This document shows, piece by piece, positions 35,408 to 45,256 of a stretch of 64,000 bases of DNA. Location: the NCBI GenBank assembly GCA_019358915.1, contig JAHHIM010000022.1:1-64000 (forward strand), given 5' to 3'. Below the pieces are notes generated by a model. That model did no database searches. It was given only the letters and a program-made list of their open reading frames with translations, and was not told the DNA's origin. Source of the DNA: Trichormus sp. ATA11-4-KO1 (GTDB lineage Bacteria; Cyanobacteriota; Cyanobacteriia; Cyanobacteriales; Nostocaceae). A program made the translations under genes and the position numbers. Each line of letters begins with the position of its first letter. The first letter of the stretch is position 1.

Positions 35408-36241
35408 ATGTCACAAGACGATCCCAATTCACAACCCCCTTCCTCCCGTGAACCTGAAGCGAATCAGTCAGTGTCCACTGATTCCCGTCAACCACCTTTT
35501 TGGAAAGTCAAAATCATCCAAATTCTCCGAGGGATGATTGGAATTTTAGAAACTGCGGTGGTGAAACTGGAGACTGCACCCCCACCGGGTACTGAAGAAA
35601 CACCCAGTTTTTGGCAACGTTTGGCAACACAATGGAATAGATTTTTAAGACAAGTCCGTTTGTTTTTACCATCAAATGTATCTAACAACTTGTCAGATAC
35701 AGTGTTGACAGGAATTCTCGCGGTAATTACTGTAACTATATTTTGGTCAACTGCAACTGTGTTGACTAAAAAACCAACTGAAATAGCAACAGTTACCCCA
35801 GTTGAGGAGGTTCCTGTATCGACACCAACTCCCACAATTACTATTCCACCAGAGTTAACAGCACCAGAGCCACAGCCATTAGAAGAAATTACGCCGGAAC
35901 CAGAAGCAACACCAACACCGACCATCAAATTGACACCAGAACAAACCTTAATTGCAGCCATTGAAAATCAAGTTGCCGAAATTAGCGATCGCTTTGCCTC
36001 CGGCTTGATAGAATCCATTCAAGCTAACTTCCGCACTAGCAATCTAACTGTCAAAATTAATGATGATTGGTACAATCTTCCAGAATCCCAACAAAATCAA
36101 CTAGCCACAGAAATATTACAACGCTCTCAAGAACTTGATTTCACTCATCTAGAAATTATCGACTCTCAAGACAGGTTGGTAGCGCGTAATCCAGTTGTTG
36201 GTACTGAAATGATTATTTTCAAAAGGCAAACAACAAATTAA
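35408..36241 (+). CDS. Hypothetical membrane-anchored protein with Pro/Thr-rich linker
   Basis: 277-aa ORF with one TM segment, PT/PE linker and a small C-terminal domain. Confidence 0.75.
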   Translation: MSQDDPNSQPPSSREPEANQSVSTDSRQPPFWKVKIIQILRGMIGILETAVVKLETAPPPGTEETPSFWQRLATQWNRFLRQVRLFLPSNVSNNLSDTVLTGILAVITVTIFWSTATVLTKKPTEIATVTPVEEVPVSTPTPTITIPPELTAPEPQPLEEITPEPEATPTPTIKLTPEQTLIAAIENQVAEISDRFASGLIESIQANFRTSNLTVKINDDWYNLPESQQNQLATEILQRSQELDFTHLEIIDSQDRLVARNPVVGTEMIIFKRQTTN

Positions 36242-36327
36242 CAGAGGTGATACCGGGGCTACACAGACAAGGCGCGTACACCTGGTATTGTGAAAACAAA
36301 CACAGTATCAGAAATCAGCACTCAAAA

Positions 36328-37170
36328 TTACTGTTTAGTATCTCCGCTTGCTAAACTATTAGGACTAATATTGATCAATGGCAAAGAACCATTACCACTC
36401 ATGACTGTGGGAAAACGACCATCCCATTTTTCTATTGCTTGCTTTTGTAATAAATCTGGCGTTAAAGTTAGCCGTTGTAATCTTTGTGCTTCAGCCTGAC
36501 CTTTAGCCCGATTGATATCTGCTTGGGCTTCTTGAGTCGCTTTCTGAGCAATAAATTCTGCCTGTTTAGCCTCTTGTTCAGCTATTTGTTTAGATTCAAT
36601 TGCTCTACTAAACTCTGGAGAAAAGGCGAAATTTACCAGAGAAACATCATCTATAATAATGCCATAAGATGCTAAGCGATTTTTGAGATTACTGTCAATT
36701 TCTTGCTTTAATTCTGTTCTTTTAGTAATGACTTCTTCGGCTGTTTTTTTAGCAGTAGCTGCTTTCAAAACTTCGGATACCGCAGGGGTAATAATTCCAT
36801 CAATAATTAGTTTCTCATCTCCAACTTGTTGGAAAATTTTATTTACCTTTAGTGGGTCAATGTGCCAGTTAACTGCAAGTTCTGTGGTGATTGTTTGGAG
36901 GTCTTTAGAAGCCGCATCAGATTTAAAAGTATTTTGCTGAACGCGAACATTGAGTCTTTTAACTGATGTCACAATTGGCATAATAGGATGTAGACCTTCG
37001 TCTAAAACTTTATCTTGAACTTTGCCAAACTGCATAACTACACCTCGTTCCCCAGCATTAACAACGGCAAAGGGACGGATCATCATTGCCAAAATCAAAA
37101 AACTTATTCCTCCAGCAATGTAAACTCCGTATTGAAATTTATTATCAAGATTTCTGCTAATATTACGCAT
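36328..37170 (-). CDS. Prohibitin/SPFH (band 7) family protein
   Basis: GERGVVMQFG, EGLH, SKDLQ, FSPEFSRAIESKQIAEQEA. Confidence 0.93.
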   Translation of the reverse strand: MRNISRNLDNKFQYGVYIAGGISFLILAMMIRPFAVVNAGERGVVMQFGKVQDKVLDEGLHPIMPIVTSVKRLNVRVQQNTFKSDAASKDLQTITTELAVNWHIDPLKVNKIFQQVGDEKLIIDGIITPAVSEVLKAATAKKTAEEVITKRTELKQEIDSNLKNRLASYGIIIDDVSLVNFAFSPEFSRAIESKQIAEQEAKQAEFIAQKATQEAQADINRAKGQAEAQRLQRLTLTPDLLQKQAIEKWDGRFPTVMSGNGSLPLINISPNSLASGDTKQ

Positions 37171-37332
37171 ATTTTTTCAATTCAATAAAGTGCTATAGTT
37201 CATCAATTATTGATACACAAATGAATGTGATTTCCTCAAAGACTACAAAAATTTTAAAATTAGTGTCATCGGTAGATACACTATTGCCAATCAAAATTTC
37301 GGAAAAGCACACTTTTAATTTTGACTTTGATC

Positions 37333-38007
37333 ATGAAAATTTATCAACATCATCCTTGGTCTTTGACGTTGGCAGAAGCTATAAATATCCAAGAAAATTT
37401 GCAAAATCAGGTAATTCAATTAGATCAATTTAAACAACCTGTCCAGTACGTTGCTGGGGTAGATATGGGTTTTGAAGCCAATGGCACTATTAGTCGTGCA
37501 GCAGTAGCAGTGTTGAGTTTTCCCGATTTACAAGTAATAGAAACGACATTAGCACACCGTCCTACTTCGTTTCCGTATATTCCTGGTTTCCTTTCATTTC
37601 GGGAAATACCAGCAGTACTCGACGCGCTAGAAAAAATTAAAATTACACCAGATATCATTTTGTGTGATGGTCAAGGCATCGCTCATCCTCGAAGATTTGG
37701 CATAGCTAGCCATCTAGGAGTAATCTTGGATACACCCACAATTGGTGTAGCAAAATCCTTGTTAATTGGTAAGCATGACGAATTGCCAGATACTAAAGGT
37801 AACTGGCAACCTCTAATAGATAAAGGTGAAACTATTGGGGCAGTTTTAAGAACACGTAAAGGTGTAAAACCTGTGTATGTCTCCATCGGTCATAGAATCA
37901 GTTTACTTACAGCAATTGACTATGTATTACGCTGCACACCAAAATATCGGCTGCCAGAAACCACACGTGTTGCTGATAAATTAGCATCTGCCAGATCAAG
38001 CAAATGA
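37333..38007 (+). CDS. nfi: Endonuclease V
   Basis: AGVD, FPYIPGFLSFRE, CDGQGIAHPRRFGIA, RLPETTR; start set at MKIYQ. Confidence 0.97.
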   Translation: MKIYQHHPWSLTLAEAINIQENLQNQVIQLDQFKQPVQYVAGVDMGFEANGTISRAAVAVLSFPDLQVIETTLAHRPTSFPYIPGFLSFREIPAVLDALEKIKITPDIILCDGQGIAHPRRFGIASHLGVILDTPTIGVAKSLLIGKHDELPDTKGNWQPLIDKGETIGAVLRTRKGVKPVYVSIGHRISLLTAIDYVLRCTPKYRLPETTRVADKLASARSSK

Positions 38008-38125
38008 TCTCGATATCGTTTTGTTGAAGTTTGTGCTAAATACTTGCTTGCGTCTGCTCAATCGTGTTAGGAATCGCACAGGAAGAAGTTGAAGTAACTA
38101 AATACGAGTTACCTAAGTTAGAACA

Positions 38126-38695
38126 ATGAACGCACTAACTTTACAGTGGCACGATGCAGGCCAAGATAGAATTCAGCATATTTATGAACAACAGCCAAGT
38201 AAAAATCCTGGCAACGTCCGCATCGGTCGCGATCCACTCCGGTGTGACATTGTTCTAAGTAACCCAACTGTATCTGGTTTACATGTGGAAATATTTTTTC
38301 ACACCCAGCAGCAACGCTTTTATCTCAGAAATCTGCGATCGCCCAATCCTCCCCTCGTAGATGGACAGCAATTAGTCCAGGGTGAAATGCCTTTAAATGA
38401 GGGCAGTATTATCTATTTGGGTCAAATGAAACTCCAAGTTACGAGGATGGCGATCGCTAGTATTCCTGTAACAATTTTGACTCCACCACAACCACTAATA
38501 CCCCCACAACAGCCATTAGGACAACAGAAGCATCATCATCTACCCACACCCCCAGCACAGCCACAAGGAGTTTATGGACTAGAGTGTCCCAAATGTCATA
38601 AAGTGTCTCCTGCGGAGAATCTGCAAATTGGCTGTCCTTGGTGTGGGACATCTTTGGCTGCGGCAGTCAGTGTGTTGGTAGCACCCAATCATTAA
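38126..38695 (+). CDS. FHA domain protein with C-terminal zinc ribbon
   Basis: IGRDP..CD, VSGLH, NLRSPN FHA motifs; Pro/Gln linker; CPKC...CPWCG. Confidence 0.88.
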   Translation: MNALTLQWHDAGQDRIQHIYEQQPSKNPGNVRIGRDPLRCDIVLSNPTVSGLHVEIFFHTQQQRFYLRNLRSPNPPLVDGQQLVQGEMPLNEGSIIYLGQMKLQVTRMAIASIPVTILTPPQPLIPPQQPLGQQKHHHLPTPPAQPQGVYGLECPKCHKVSPAENLQIGCPWCGTSLAAAVSVLVAPNH

Positions 38696-38725
38696 GGAGA
38701 TGAGGGAGATGGGGGAGAATATTTA

Positions 38726-40681
38726 ATGAGTAATCCACAAATTCAATTAAGTTGGGAAGATCCAGCGACGGGGGAACGGCGAGAACCAACGTTGAGTACG
38801 CCTATAGCTTTTGGTCGTGAATTCACCCGTTTACCTGCTGAACTTCAGGGACAGCGCGTTGCGAGAATGCTGCTTAACAGTAATGAAGTTTCCCGCTTTC
38901 ATGCCCTCATTGATTGGGAACAAAACCAGCTAGTAGTAATTGATCAAGGCAGCGTTAACGGTGTATTTATTAACGGTCAACGACAAAACCGTGGTGTTTT
39001 AGCTAACGGTGATACGTTGCAAATTGGTCCCTACATGATGACGGTGATGTTTGGTGTCAACGCCACTACCCAAGCTACCAGCCCACCGTCAATGATTCGA
39101 TTTAACCACAATACTAATAACCCAGACCCTGGCTTGCCACCAGCCCCGCCGATGACACCTTTGGCAAGCAATTTTCCCCCACCAGCTTTTCAAGCGGAAA
39201 CAGTTGTTGTACAAGCACTTCACGCCACAGGCTTACCAGTAGATAAATGTGATTATTTGGCAATTGGGGCGGGATTAGGTAGTTTTGTTTGGGTTGACTT
39301 GTTGCGAATTAGTGGTGTAAGTGCCGACAAAATTGTTGCTTTGGGATTAGAAGCAGAACCATACGCGCGTTACAAGCGCCTTTGTTTGAATTCGCAAATT
39401 CCCTTACATGAAAGACTGCGATCCAATTCCGATTCTTGTCCTGATAATATTTGGGGTTGGCCCAGTTATGCTTTGCGGGAAGCTTGGCGTGACTTTAGCA
39501 AAGGTCAGCTGAATTCGGCATCGCGGTATTTATGGCAAGTGTTTGCTGAACCAACCTTTGCGGAAACTTATACACCCCGTGCAGGTAATGTCTTCGATTC
39601 CATAGACCGGGAAGTGAAGCGCATTGGCTGGAATCAAATTTATCGTTATGGGCGAGTGCGGGCAATTCGCAAAACAGATGATGGCAGATATTGTGTAGCT
39701 TATTCTCGCGGGCCGGGAAATTATGCTTTTATAGTTAGTCGTTATTTACATTTAGCTACTGGATATCCAGCAATTCAGTTTCTGCCAGATTTACAAGCTT
39801 ATAGAGAAAAATATCAAGACTTTAAGTCTGTGGTGAATGCCTATGAAGCACACGACCATATTTATCAGCAACTGGAACAACAGGGTGGTACAGTGTTAAT
39901 TCGGGGACGGGGGATAGTTGCGTCGCGAATTATCCAAAGAATTTATGAAGCTAGAAAGCAAAATCGCCAGATTACAGTTTTGCATTTGATGCGATCGCCT
40001 AAACCCCAAGGCAACAAATTCCAAAAAACTCAGCGTTTAGTCAAAAATCATTACGAATTTCAACCCTTTAACTGGCCAAAAGCCTGCTGGGGTGGTGAAC
40101 TCCGCGTCATGTTAGAAAAAGCGAGTCCTGATGAACGCCAGCGCTTACTAGCCGATTGGGGTGGCACTACTACAGCCGACCGTCACGACTGGCAGGATAT
40201 CACTGAACGAGGGCTAAGTGAAGGCTGGTATCAAATTACCTTCGGTGAAGTGAAAGCTGTAGAACGGGATACTCAAAACCGCACTATTACCCATATTCAG
40301 GAAAAAGGCTTTGGTGAAATGAAACTGGCCGCAGACTTTATTGTTGATGCTACCGGACTGGATGCCAAGGTGGATGCCAGCCCTTTACTAGAAGATTTAG
40401 TAAAACATTACAATTTGCCTCTAAATCATTTGGGGCGCTTAGTCGTGTCCAACAATTTTGAGTTACCAGAAATGCGGAATGGCAAAGGTCAGATGTATGC
40501 GGCTGGGGCAATTACTTTGGGTGGCCCGTATGCAGCCGTTGATAGTTTCCTCGGTTTGCAGTATTCCGCATTAGTCGCTGTTGATGGACTCGCCGCCGCT
40601 CGTGCGCCCGGAGTTCATCGTTTAAATACTGTCAGTTCTTCTAGGCAGTGGTTGAAGTGGGTATTTAATCAATCACCTTAA
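38726..40681 (+). CDS. FHA domain fused to FAD/NAD(P)-binding oxidoreductase-like domain
   Basis: FGRE, VSRFHA, SVNGVFING FHA motifs; IGAGLGS, LATGY, IRGRGIVA, DATG dinucleotide-binding motifs. Confidence 0.85.
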   Translation: MSNPQIQLSWEDPATGERREPTLSTPIAFGREFTRLPAELQGQRVARMLLNSNEVSRFHALIDWEQNQLVVIDQGSVNGVFINGQRQNRGVLANGDTLQIGPYMMTVMFGVNATTQATSPPSMIRFNHNTNNPDPGLPPAPPMTPLASNFPPPAFQAETVVVQALHATGLPVDKCDYLAIGAGLGSFVWVDLLRISGVSADKIVALGLEAEPYARYKRLCLNSQIPLHERLRSNSDSCPDNIWGWPSYALREAWRDFSKGQLNSASRYLWQVFAEPTFAETYTPRAGNVFDSIDREVKRIGWNQIYRYGRVRAIRKTDDGRYCVAYSRGPGNYAFIVSRYLHLATGYPAIQFLPDLQAYREKYQDFKSVVNAYEAHDHIYQQLEQQGGTVLIRGRGIVASRIIQRIYEARKQNRQITVLHLMRSPKPQGNKFQKTQRLVKNHYEFQPFNWPKACWGGELRVMLEKASPDERQRLLADWGGTTTADRHDWQDITERGLSEGWYQITFGEVKAVERDTQNRTITHIQEKGFGEMKLAADFIVDATGLDAKVDASPLLEDLVKHYNLPLNHLGRLVVSNNFELPEMRNGKGQMYAAGAITLGGPYAAVDSFLGLQYSALVAVDGLAAARAPGVHRLNTVSSSRQWLKWVFNQSP

Positions 40682-40691
40682 AACTACTTTC

Positions 40692-40903
40692 TGACTCAGC
40701 AGCGCTAGGTGCTGCCTCTTTTCCTGCGGAACGCTACGCGAACAGAGAAGCTATGTACCTTGAATGCTCACAAGTTGGCGAAGCCTTACACCTACGGCAC
40801 GCTACGCAAAAAGTGGTTTTTCTTTGGGGAAACCACCAAGATCCACCAATGTACTGACTCCACCATGCGGTCAACCGCAGCAGCGTCCATAACACTCAGC
40901 ACT
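40692..40903. repeat. Composite of nested small dispersed repeats
   Basis: CCTGCGGAACGCTACGC (40723), CCTACGGCACGCTACGC (40791), TTGGGGAAACCACCAAG (~40824), ACTCAGC units at both ends. Confidence 0.65.
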
Positions 40904-40904
40904 T

Positions 40905-41789
40905 ATGATCCATAATCTTGATAATCCATTCCACAAGCTCAAAGTTAGGAATTTGCTGTTGCAGGGTTCGCTCATCTCGTTGAGTCTCGGCATGGCATTA
41001 GGGTTGGTACAAGGGATTAGCAATTTAACATTCGACAATCAAGTCGTTACCCTGATTCTCTACATTTTCATATTTGGATTGCTTTGCCTTTGGGTACTGG
41101 CAGACTTTCATCGCTTGGGAATTAATCTCCGGTATGTTGTGGGCAGTGTTCCCAGCAACTATGGGTGGTTGCCGATAATAGGCTTAGTTCTCCTCCTGAT
41201 CTTGTGTTCACTCAGTGCCTATCTAGTATCATTTTCCCTATTGTCATGGATTGCCCCTTCCTTTGTAGAGGAAGTGATGCGCCAAGTTGCTAGCAATCCT
41301 TCTTTGCAAAATTCAGCACCTTTATTGAATAATTTGCTGAGTGCGATCGCAACTGTAGTGGTCGCACCCATCACAGAGGAATTCATCTTTCGCGGGGTGA
41401 TATTACAGCGCTGGGCTGCCAAATGGGGCATTCACACTGCTTTAATTATTTCTTCGCTGATATTCGGAATTTTACATGCTAATTTCTTAGGATTATCTTT
41501 GTTCGGAGTTGTGATGGGAGTTTTATACATCAAAACCCGGACATTGATTGTACCTATTGTCTGCCATGCGTTAAATAATTTACTAGCAGTAACAGTAGGA
41601 TTGCTTTCTCATGGGTCACAAACTACTACAAATGTGAACAATTTAGAACAATTGCGTTCTGGTTTGGGGACAGGAGTCATTTTAATGCTGATATCTCTGC
41701 CTTTGTTGATTCGCTTTCTCTGGCAGAATTGGCCTCGCAGGGATGCGCCAGTTCCTTACTTAGTCAACGCTTCCCAAGCAGATATGTAA
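40905..41789 (+). CDS. CPBP (CAAX/Abi) family intramembrane metalloprotease
   Basis: PITEEFIFRG, FGILH, CHALNN motifs; multiple TM segments. Confidence 0.92.
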   Translation: MIHNLDNPFHKLKVRNLLLQGSLISLSLGMALGLVQGISNLTFDNQVVTLILYIFIFGLLCLWVLADFHRLGINLRYVVGSVPSNYGWLPIIGLVLLLILCSLSAYLVSFSLLSWIAPSFVEEVMRQVASNPSLQNSAPLLNNLLSAIATVVVAPITEEFIFRGVILQRWAAKWGIHTALIISSLIFGILHANFLGLSLFGVVMGVLYIKTRTLIVPIVCHALNNLLAVTVGLLSHGSQTTTNVNNLEQLRSGLGTGVILMLISLPLLIRFLWQNWPRRDAPVPYLVNASQADM

Positions 41790-41878
41790 AGCTTACGGAA
41801 TTTAAAGACAAGAAAAATACGCTTTAATGGTGTAGAAATGTATAGAATCTTGTAAAGATATAAAATATAGTCTTTAAA

Positions 41879-42150
41879 ATGCAAACATTCGAGCTTTCTT
41901 CCTCAATGCAGCTGTCTGTACCACGAAACAAATGTCAGCCTTTGAAGATTGTCTCACTAGGGGATAGCTTAGTTTACGGATTTGGCAATCCAGAAAAAGG
42001 CGGTTGGGTTGAGCAACTGCGCCGATGGTGGATGTTACCGGATAGTTCTGGTCATGTCCTATATAATTTGGGAGTACGGGGCGATACCTACGGTAAGCTA
42101 CGCTAACGCACACAGCAATTAGCGAAAAGGCTATCAGCGAAAAGGCTATC
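41879..42150 (+). pseudogene. Truncated GDSL/SGNH hydrolase
   Basis: LGDSLVYG block I and YNLGVRGD block II; 21-nt insertion creates TAA at 42104-42106; 15-nt tandem duplication at 42121-42150; later blocks absent. Confidence 0.85.
42081..42109 (+). mobile_element. 21-nt small dispersed repeat (SDR5-like) inserted in a HIP1 site
   Basis: GCGAT-[ACCTACGGTAAGCTACGCTAA]-CGC; removal restores GCGATCGC and the frame GVRGDRTQQ. Confidence 0.85.
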
Positions 42151-42305
42151 AAGCTTTGTTAGAAGATGTAATTAATTGGGAACCATTGGCAGCTTATCAT
42201 TCTCAATATGATTACCATTTGACATCATTACAGAAATAGAATTGCTTTTACCTATTTCCCTGCTTTAGGCGGAAAATATTTTTTACTCAGCAAGGAAGCA
42301 TTCAG

Positions 42306-42740
42306 ATGACACCAACTTTATTTGGTCGCTGGCAAACTCGATTATTACTACTTGCAAGTGTAGGCGTATTAGTATCTTTGCCTTTTGCAATGGGCTTAAT
42401 TGGCCCTGGTGCTAACTCGGTTTATTTCTGGATACTTGCTTATGTTGCCATCTTTGGCTTAGGTTGGGATGTGCTTTATAACTATTTTCAAAACTTTCGC
42501 TGGGATAGGGACTGGCCAGCTGCTTATCAATTATTCGCTGGTATGTGGGAATTAGTATTTGTCTTTTGTGGGGTAAAAATTTTTGGGTTTTTACCAATAC
42601 CTATACCCAAAGAAGCACTACCAATAGGAGCTTTTTTACTGCACTATAGCTTTGTTTGGCTAGCAGTTTTTACCGCCTCCCAAAGCCTGATGCGAATTAT
42701 TTTTCCCCGTTGGCGTTTCCGAGGCGGAGAGTGGTTATAA
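42306..42740 (+). CDS. Hypothetical 4-TM membrane protein
   Basis: 144 aa, hydrophobic; MTPTLFGRWQTR...RWDRDWP...FPRWRFRGGEWL. Confidence 0.78.
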   Translation: MTPTLFGRWQTRLLLLASVGVLVSLPFAMGLIGPGANSVYFWILAYVAIFGLGWDVLYNYFQNFRWDRDWPAAYQLFAGMWELVFVFCGVKIFGFLPIPIPKEALPIGAFLLHYSFVWLAVFTASQSLMRIIFPRWRFRGGEWL

Positions 42741-42856
42741 TTCTCAAGTCACTCAAGACTACGTTTCTCCTGATTCAATTGACTTTTTCGCAGATCAAAC
42801 TCAAATTTCATATACTCAGACAAATAATCTCAACTAGCAACGCCTAAAAAGAAAAT

Positions 42857-43111
42857 TTAGTGCCGAGATTTTGCCGATTGCGATGATCTACGACGGCTGA
42901 TGTATTGACCGTGAATATTCACAAAATAGGGAACTATGTATGTTAGTCCCGCAGAAATCCAGCGATCGCGGCTCATTTTTCCTTGCCACACAGCACTTCC
43001 ATGATTGATGGTAAATAAAATAGAACCAACTATCAAAGCAACTTTTACAGCCGTTGGCACAAATTTTGGTTCAATTAAACTAGCAAAATATCCTTTAATT
43101 AACTTATTCAT
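42857..43111 (-). CDS. nrtS: NrtS-family small nitrate/nitrite transporter
   Basis: 84 aa, 2 TM, TAVKVALIVGSILFTINHG...TYIVPY; starts 2 nt downstream of the Nrt-type binding protein gene. Confidence 0.75.
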   Translation of the reverse strand: MNKLIKGYFASLIEPKFVPTAVKVALIVGSILFTINHGSAVWQGKMSRDRWISAGLTYIVPYFVNIHGQYISRRRSSQSAKSRH

Positions 43112-43113
43112 TG

Positions 43114-44412
43114 TTACCTAATTTTGGGAGCTTGCAAATAAGCGTAGGGATTTTCTGGGTCAAATTCTAAGCCATTAAAGAACTTTTCTACTCCGCGTGA
43201 GGTACTAGCTGGAATAGCTGCCTCCTGACCAATTAATTTAGCAGCTTCTCGCCACAAATCTTCACGGTTGACCGCATCAATTAAGGGTTTTGTCTCAAAA
43301 TCAGGTGACCGATTACCCCAGCGCATGTCTTCAATTAAAAACCACAGGTCATGACTTTTGAAAGGGTAAGAAGCATTCTCACGCCAGTATTTTATTGCAT
43401 GGGGATTATTTTCTACTACACGCCCATTGCCGTAATCCATTTTACCTAACAAGCGATCGCCAATCAAATCACTTTTCACACCAATCCACTGGCGTTGTGA
43501 CATGATCTGAAACAGTTCTGCTTTATTTTCTGGTTGGTCACACCAAATTTGCGCCTCCATGACTGCTGCTAAAATTGCCTTAGCTGCTTTAGGGTACTTA
43601 TCCACCCATGTAGCTCTCACTACTAGTGCTTTTTCTGGGTGATTATTCCATAGTTCTCCACTAGTAACAGTCGAATAACCCAGTCCTTGTTTAATTAGCC
43701 GGTGATGCCAAGGATCAACCACACAAAAAGCTTCCATACTTCCACTCCGCATACTTGCCACCATCTGGGGCGGAGGAACCACAATCACTGATGTATCTTG
43801 ATCTGGATCAATACCACCATAAGCCAACCACCAGCGCATGAAAAAATCGCCTGTGACTCGACGATAGGGAACTGCACAACGTACAGTTTCTCCGGCTGAT
43901 GTCTTTTGAGCATAAATTGATTTTAGTGGCGAACTATCTAGACCCAGGTTTAACTCTTTATAGGTATTAGCAACATATATCCCCTGTCCATTCACATTTA
44001 GTCTAGCCAGGATATGCATGGGGATTTTCCGCCCATAGGTAATTTCTCCTGTAGCCATCAAATAAGTCATGGGAAACAGCAGATGACCTCCATCCAAACC
44101 ATCGTCAGCAGCACCTAACATCAGTTTGTCGCGCATGACAGCCCACGAAGGCTGCTTGACAACCCGGACATCAGGCATCCCATACTTAGCAAAAAATCCC
44201 TTAACTTTGGCAATAATTAAAGGACAGCAACTCGTTACGGGCACAAAGCCTAGGGTTGCGGTGGTTATTTCAGGTGTATCTGTATGCGCAACATAAACAC
44301 TTTGGCTTAACTGATTGGTAGCAACCTTAAAAGTTAATTGATGGGCGCAACTGTGAGTTAATGCAGCTGCGCCAGCAGTGGCTAGAAATTGTCGTCTGTC
44401 AAGTTTTGCCAT
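43114..44412 (-). CDS. NrtA/CmpA/CynA family ABC substrate-binding protein
   Basis: RRQFL Tat signal with Cys; KQPSWAVMRD, WLAYGGIDP, PPPQMVA, ELWNNHPEK, SYPFKSHDLWFL. Confidence 0.93.
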   Translation of the reverse strand: MAKLDRRQFLATAGAAALTHSCAHQLTFKVATNQLSQSVYVAHTDTPEITTATLGFVPVTSCCPLIIAKVKGFFAKYGMPDVRVVKQPSWAVMRDKLMLGAADDGLDGGHLLFPMTYLMATGEITYGRKIPMHILARLNVNGQGIYVANTYKELNLGLDSSPLKSIYAQKTSAGETVRCAVPYRRVTGDFFMRWWLAYGGIDPDQDTSVIVVPPPQMVASMRSGSMEAFCVVDPWHHRLIKQGLGYSTVTSGELWNNHPEKALVVRATWVDKYPKAAKAILAAVMEAQIWCDQPENKAELFQIMSQRQWIGVKSDLIGDRLLGKMDYGNGRVVENNPHAIKYWRENASYPFKSHDLWFLIEDMRWGNRSPDFETKPLIDAVNREDLWREAAKLIGQEAAIPASTSRGVEKFFNGLEFDPENPYAYLQAPKIR

Positions 44413-44421
44413 ATCATTACC

Positions 44422-45216
44422 CTAAATTGTTAGGCGTTTAGCTTGTTCTTGGTTGTGCAAGAACTGCATCAGTTCGTGGCGTAGGTGATGATATTCGGAG
44501 CAATCCTTAATTTCTAAAGAACGAGGATGTCCAAAGGGTATATCCAAAATTTGACCAACGGTTGCAGCAGGCCCATTTTTCAACATGACCACTTGATCAG
44601 ACAGTAATAGCGCTTCATCTACATCATGAGTCACCATAATTGTTGTGATGTGGTAGATATCGCAGATACGCATTAACTCTACTTGCAAAGATCCCCGAGT
44701 CAAGGCATCTAATGCACCAAATGGCTCATCTAGTAACAATAATTTTGGCTGAATTGCTAAAGCCCGCGCTAAAGCTACTCGCTGTTTCATCCCTCCAGAA
44801 AGTTGTCCTGGTTTTTTATGTGCTGCATCCTTTAAACCAACCATTTCTAAATGAGAGGCAATAATTTGATGACGCTCATTTTGAGACTTGTGAGGCATGG
44901 CTTTATCAACAAACAGAGCGACATTATCCCAAGCAGTTAGCCAAGGTAACAGAGAATAATTCTGAAATACTACCATGCGATCGCGATCGGGTCTTTTTAC
45001 CAATTGACCATCAACTTGCACCTGACCTCGTGTAGGTTTTTCCAAACCTGCCACTATATTCAGTAATGTAGACTTGCCACAACCAGAATGACCAATTAGG
45101 GAGACAAAACATCCCTGTCTAATTTCTAAATTTATGTCTTTGAGAACAATATTTCGATTGCCATTTTTAAAAGTAAATTCTTTTTCGATGCCCCTGATTT
45201 CGACAAAGATAGACAC
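44422..45216 (-). CDS. NrtD/CmpD-like ABC ATP-binding protein
   Basis: GHSGCGKST, VVFQNYSLLPW, LSGGMKQRV, DEPFGALDALTR. Confidence 0.94.
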   Translation of the reverse strand: MSIFVEIRGIEKEFTFKNGNRNIVLKDINLEIRQGCFVSLIGHSGCGKSTLLNIVAGLEKPTRGQVQVDGQLVKRPDRDRMVVFQNYSLLPWLTAWDNVALFVDKAMPHKSQNERHQIIASHLEMVGLKDAAHKKPGQLSGGMKQRVALARALAIQPKLLLLDEPFGALDALTRGSLQVELMRICDIYHITTIMVTHDVDEALLLSDQVVMLKNGPAATVGQILDIPFGHPRSLEIKDCSEYHHLRHELMQFLHNQEQAKRLTI

Positions 45217-45256
45217 ATTATTTCCTTTATTTCTGAAGTGGATGCTTTAGAAAAAA

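Noticed and set aside
40709..40915. 68-aa ORF between the FHA fusion and CPBP genes
   Set aside because: Consists of nested dispersed repeats; not a credible gene.
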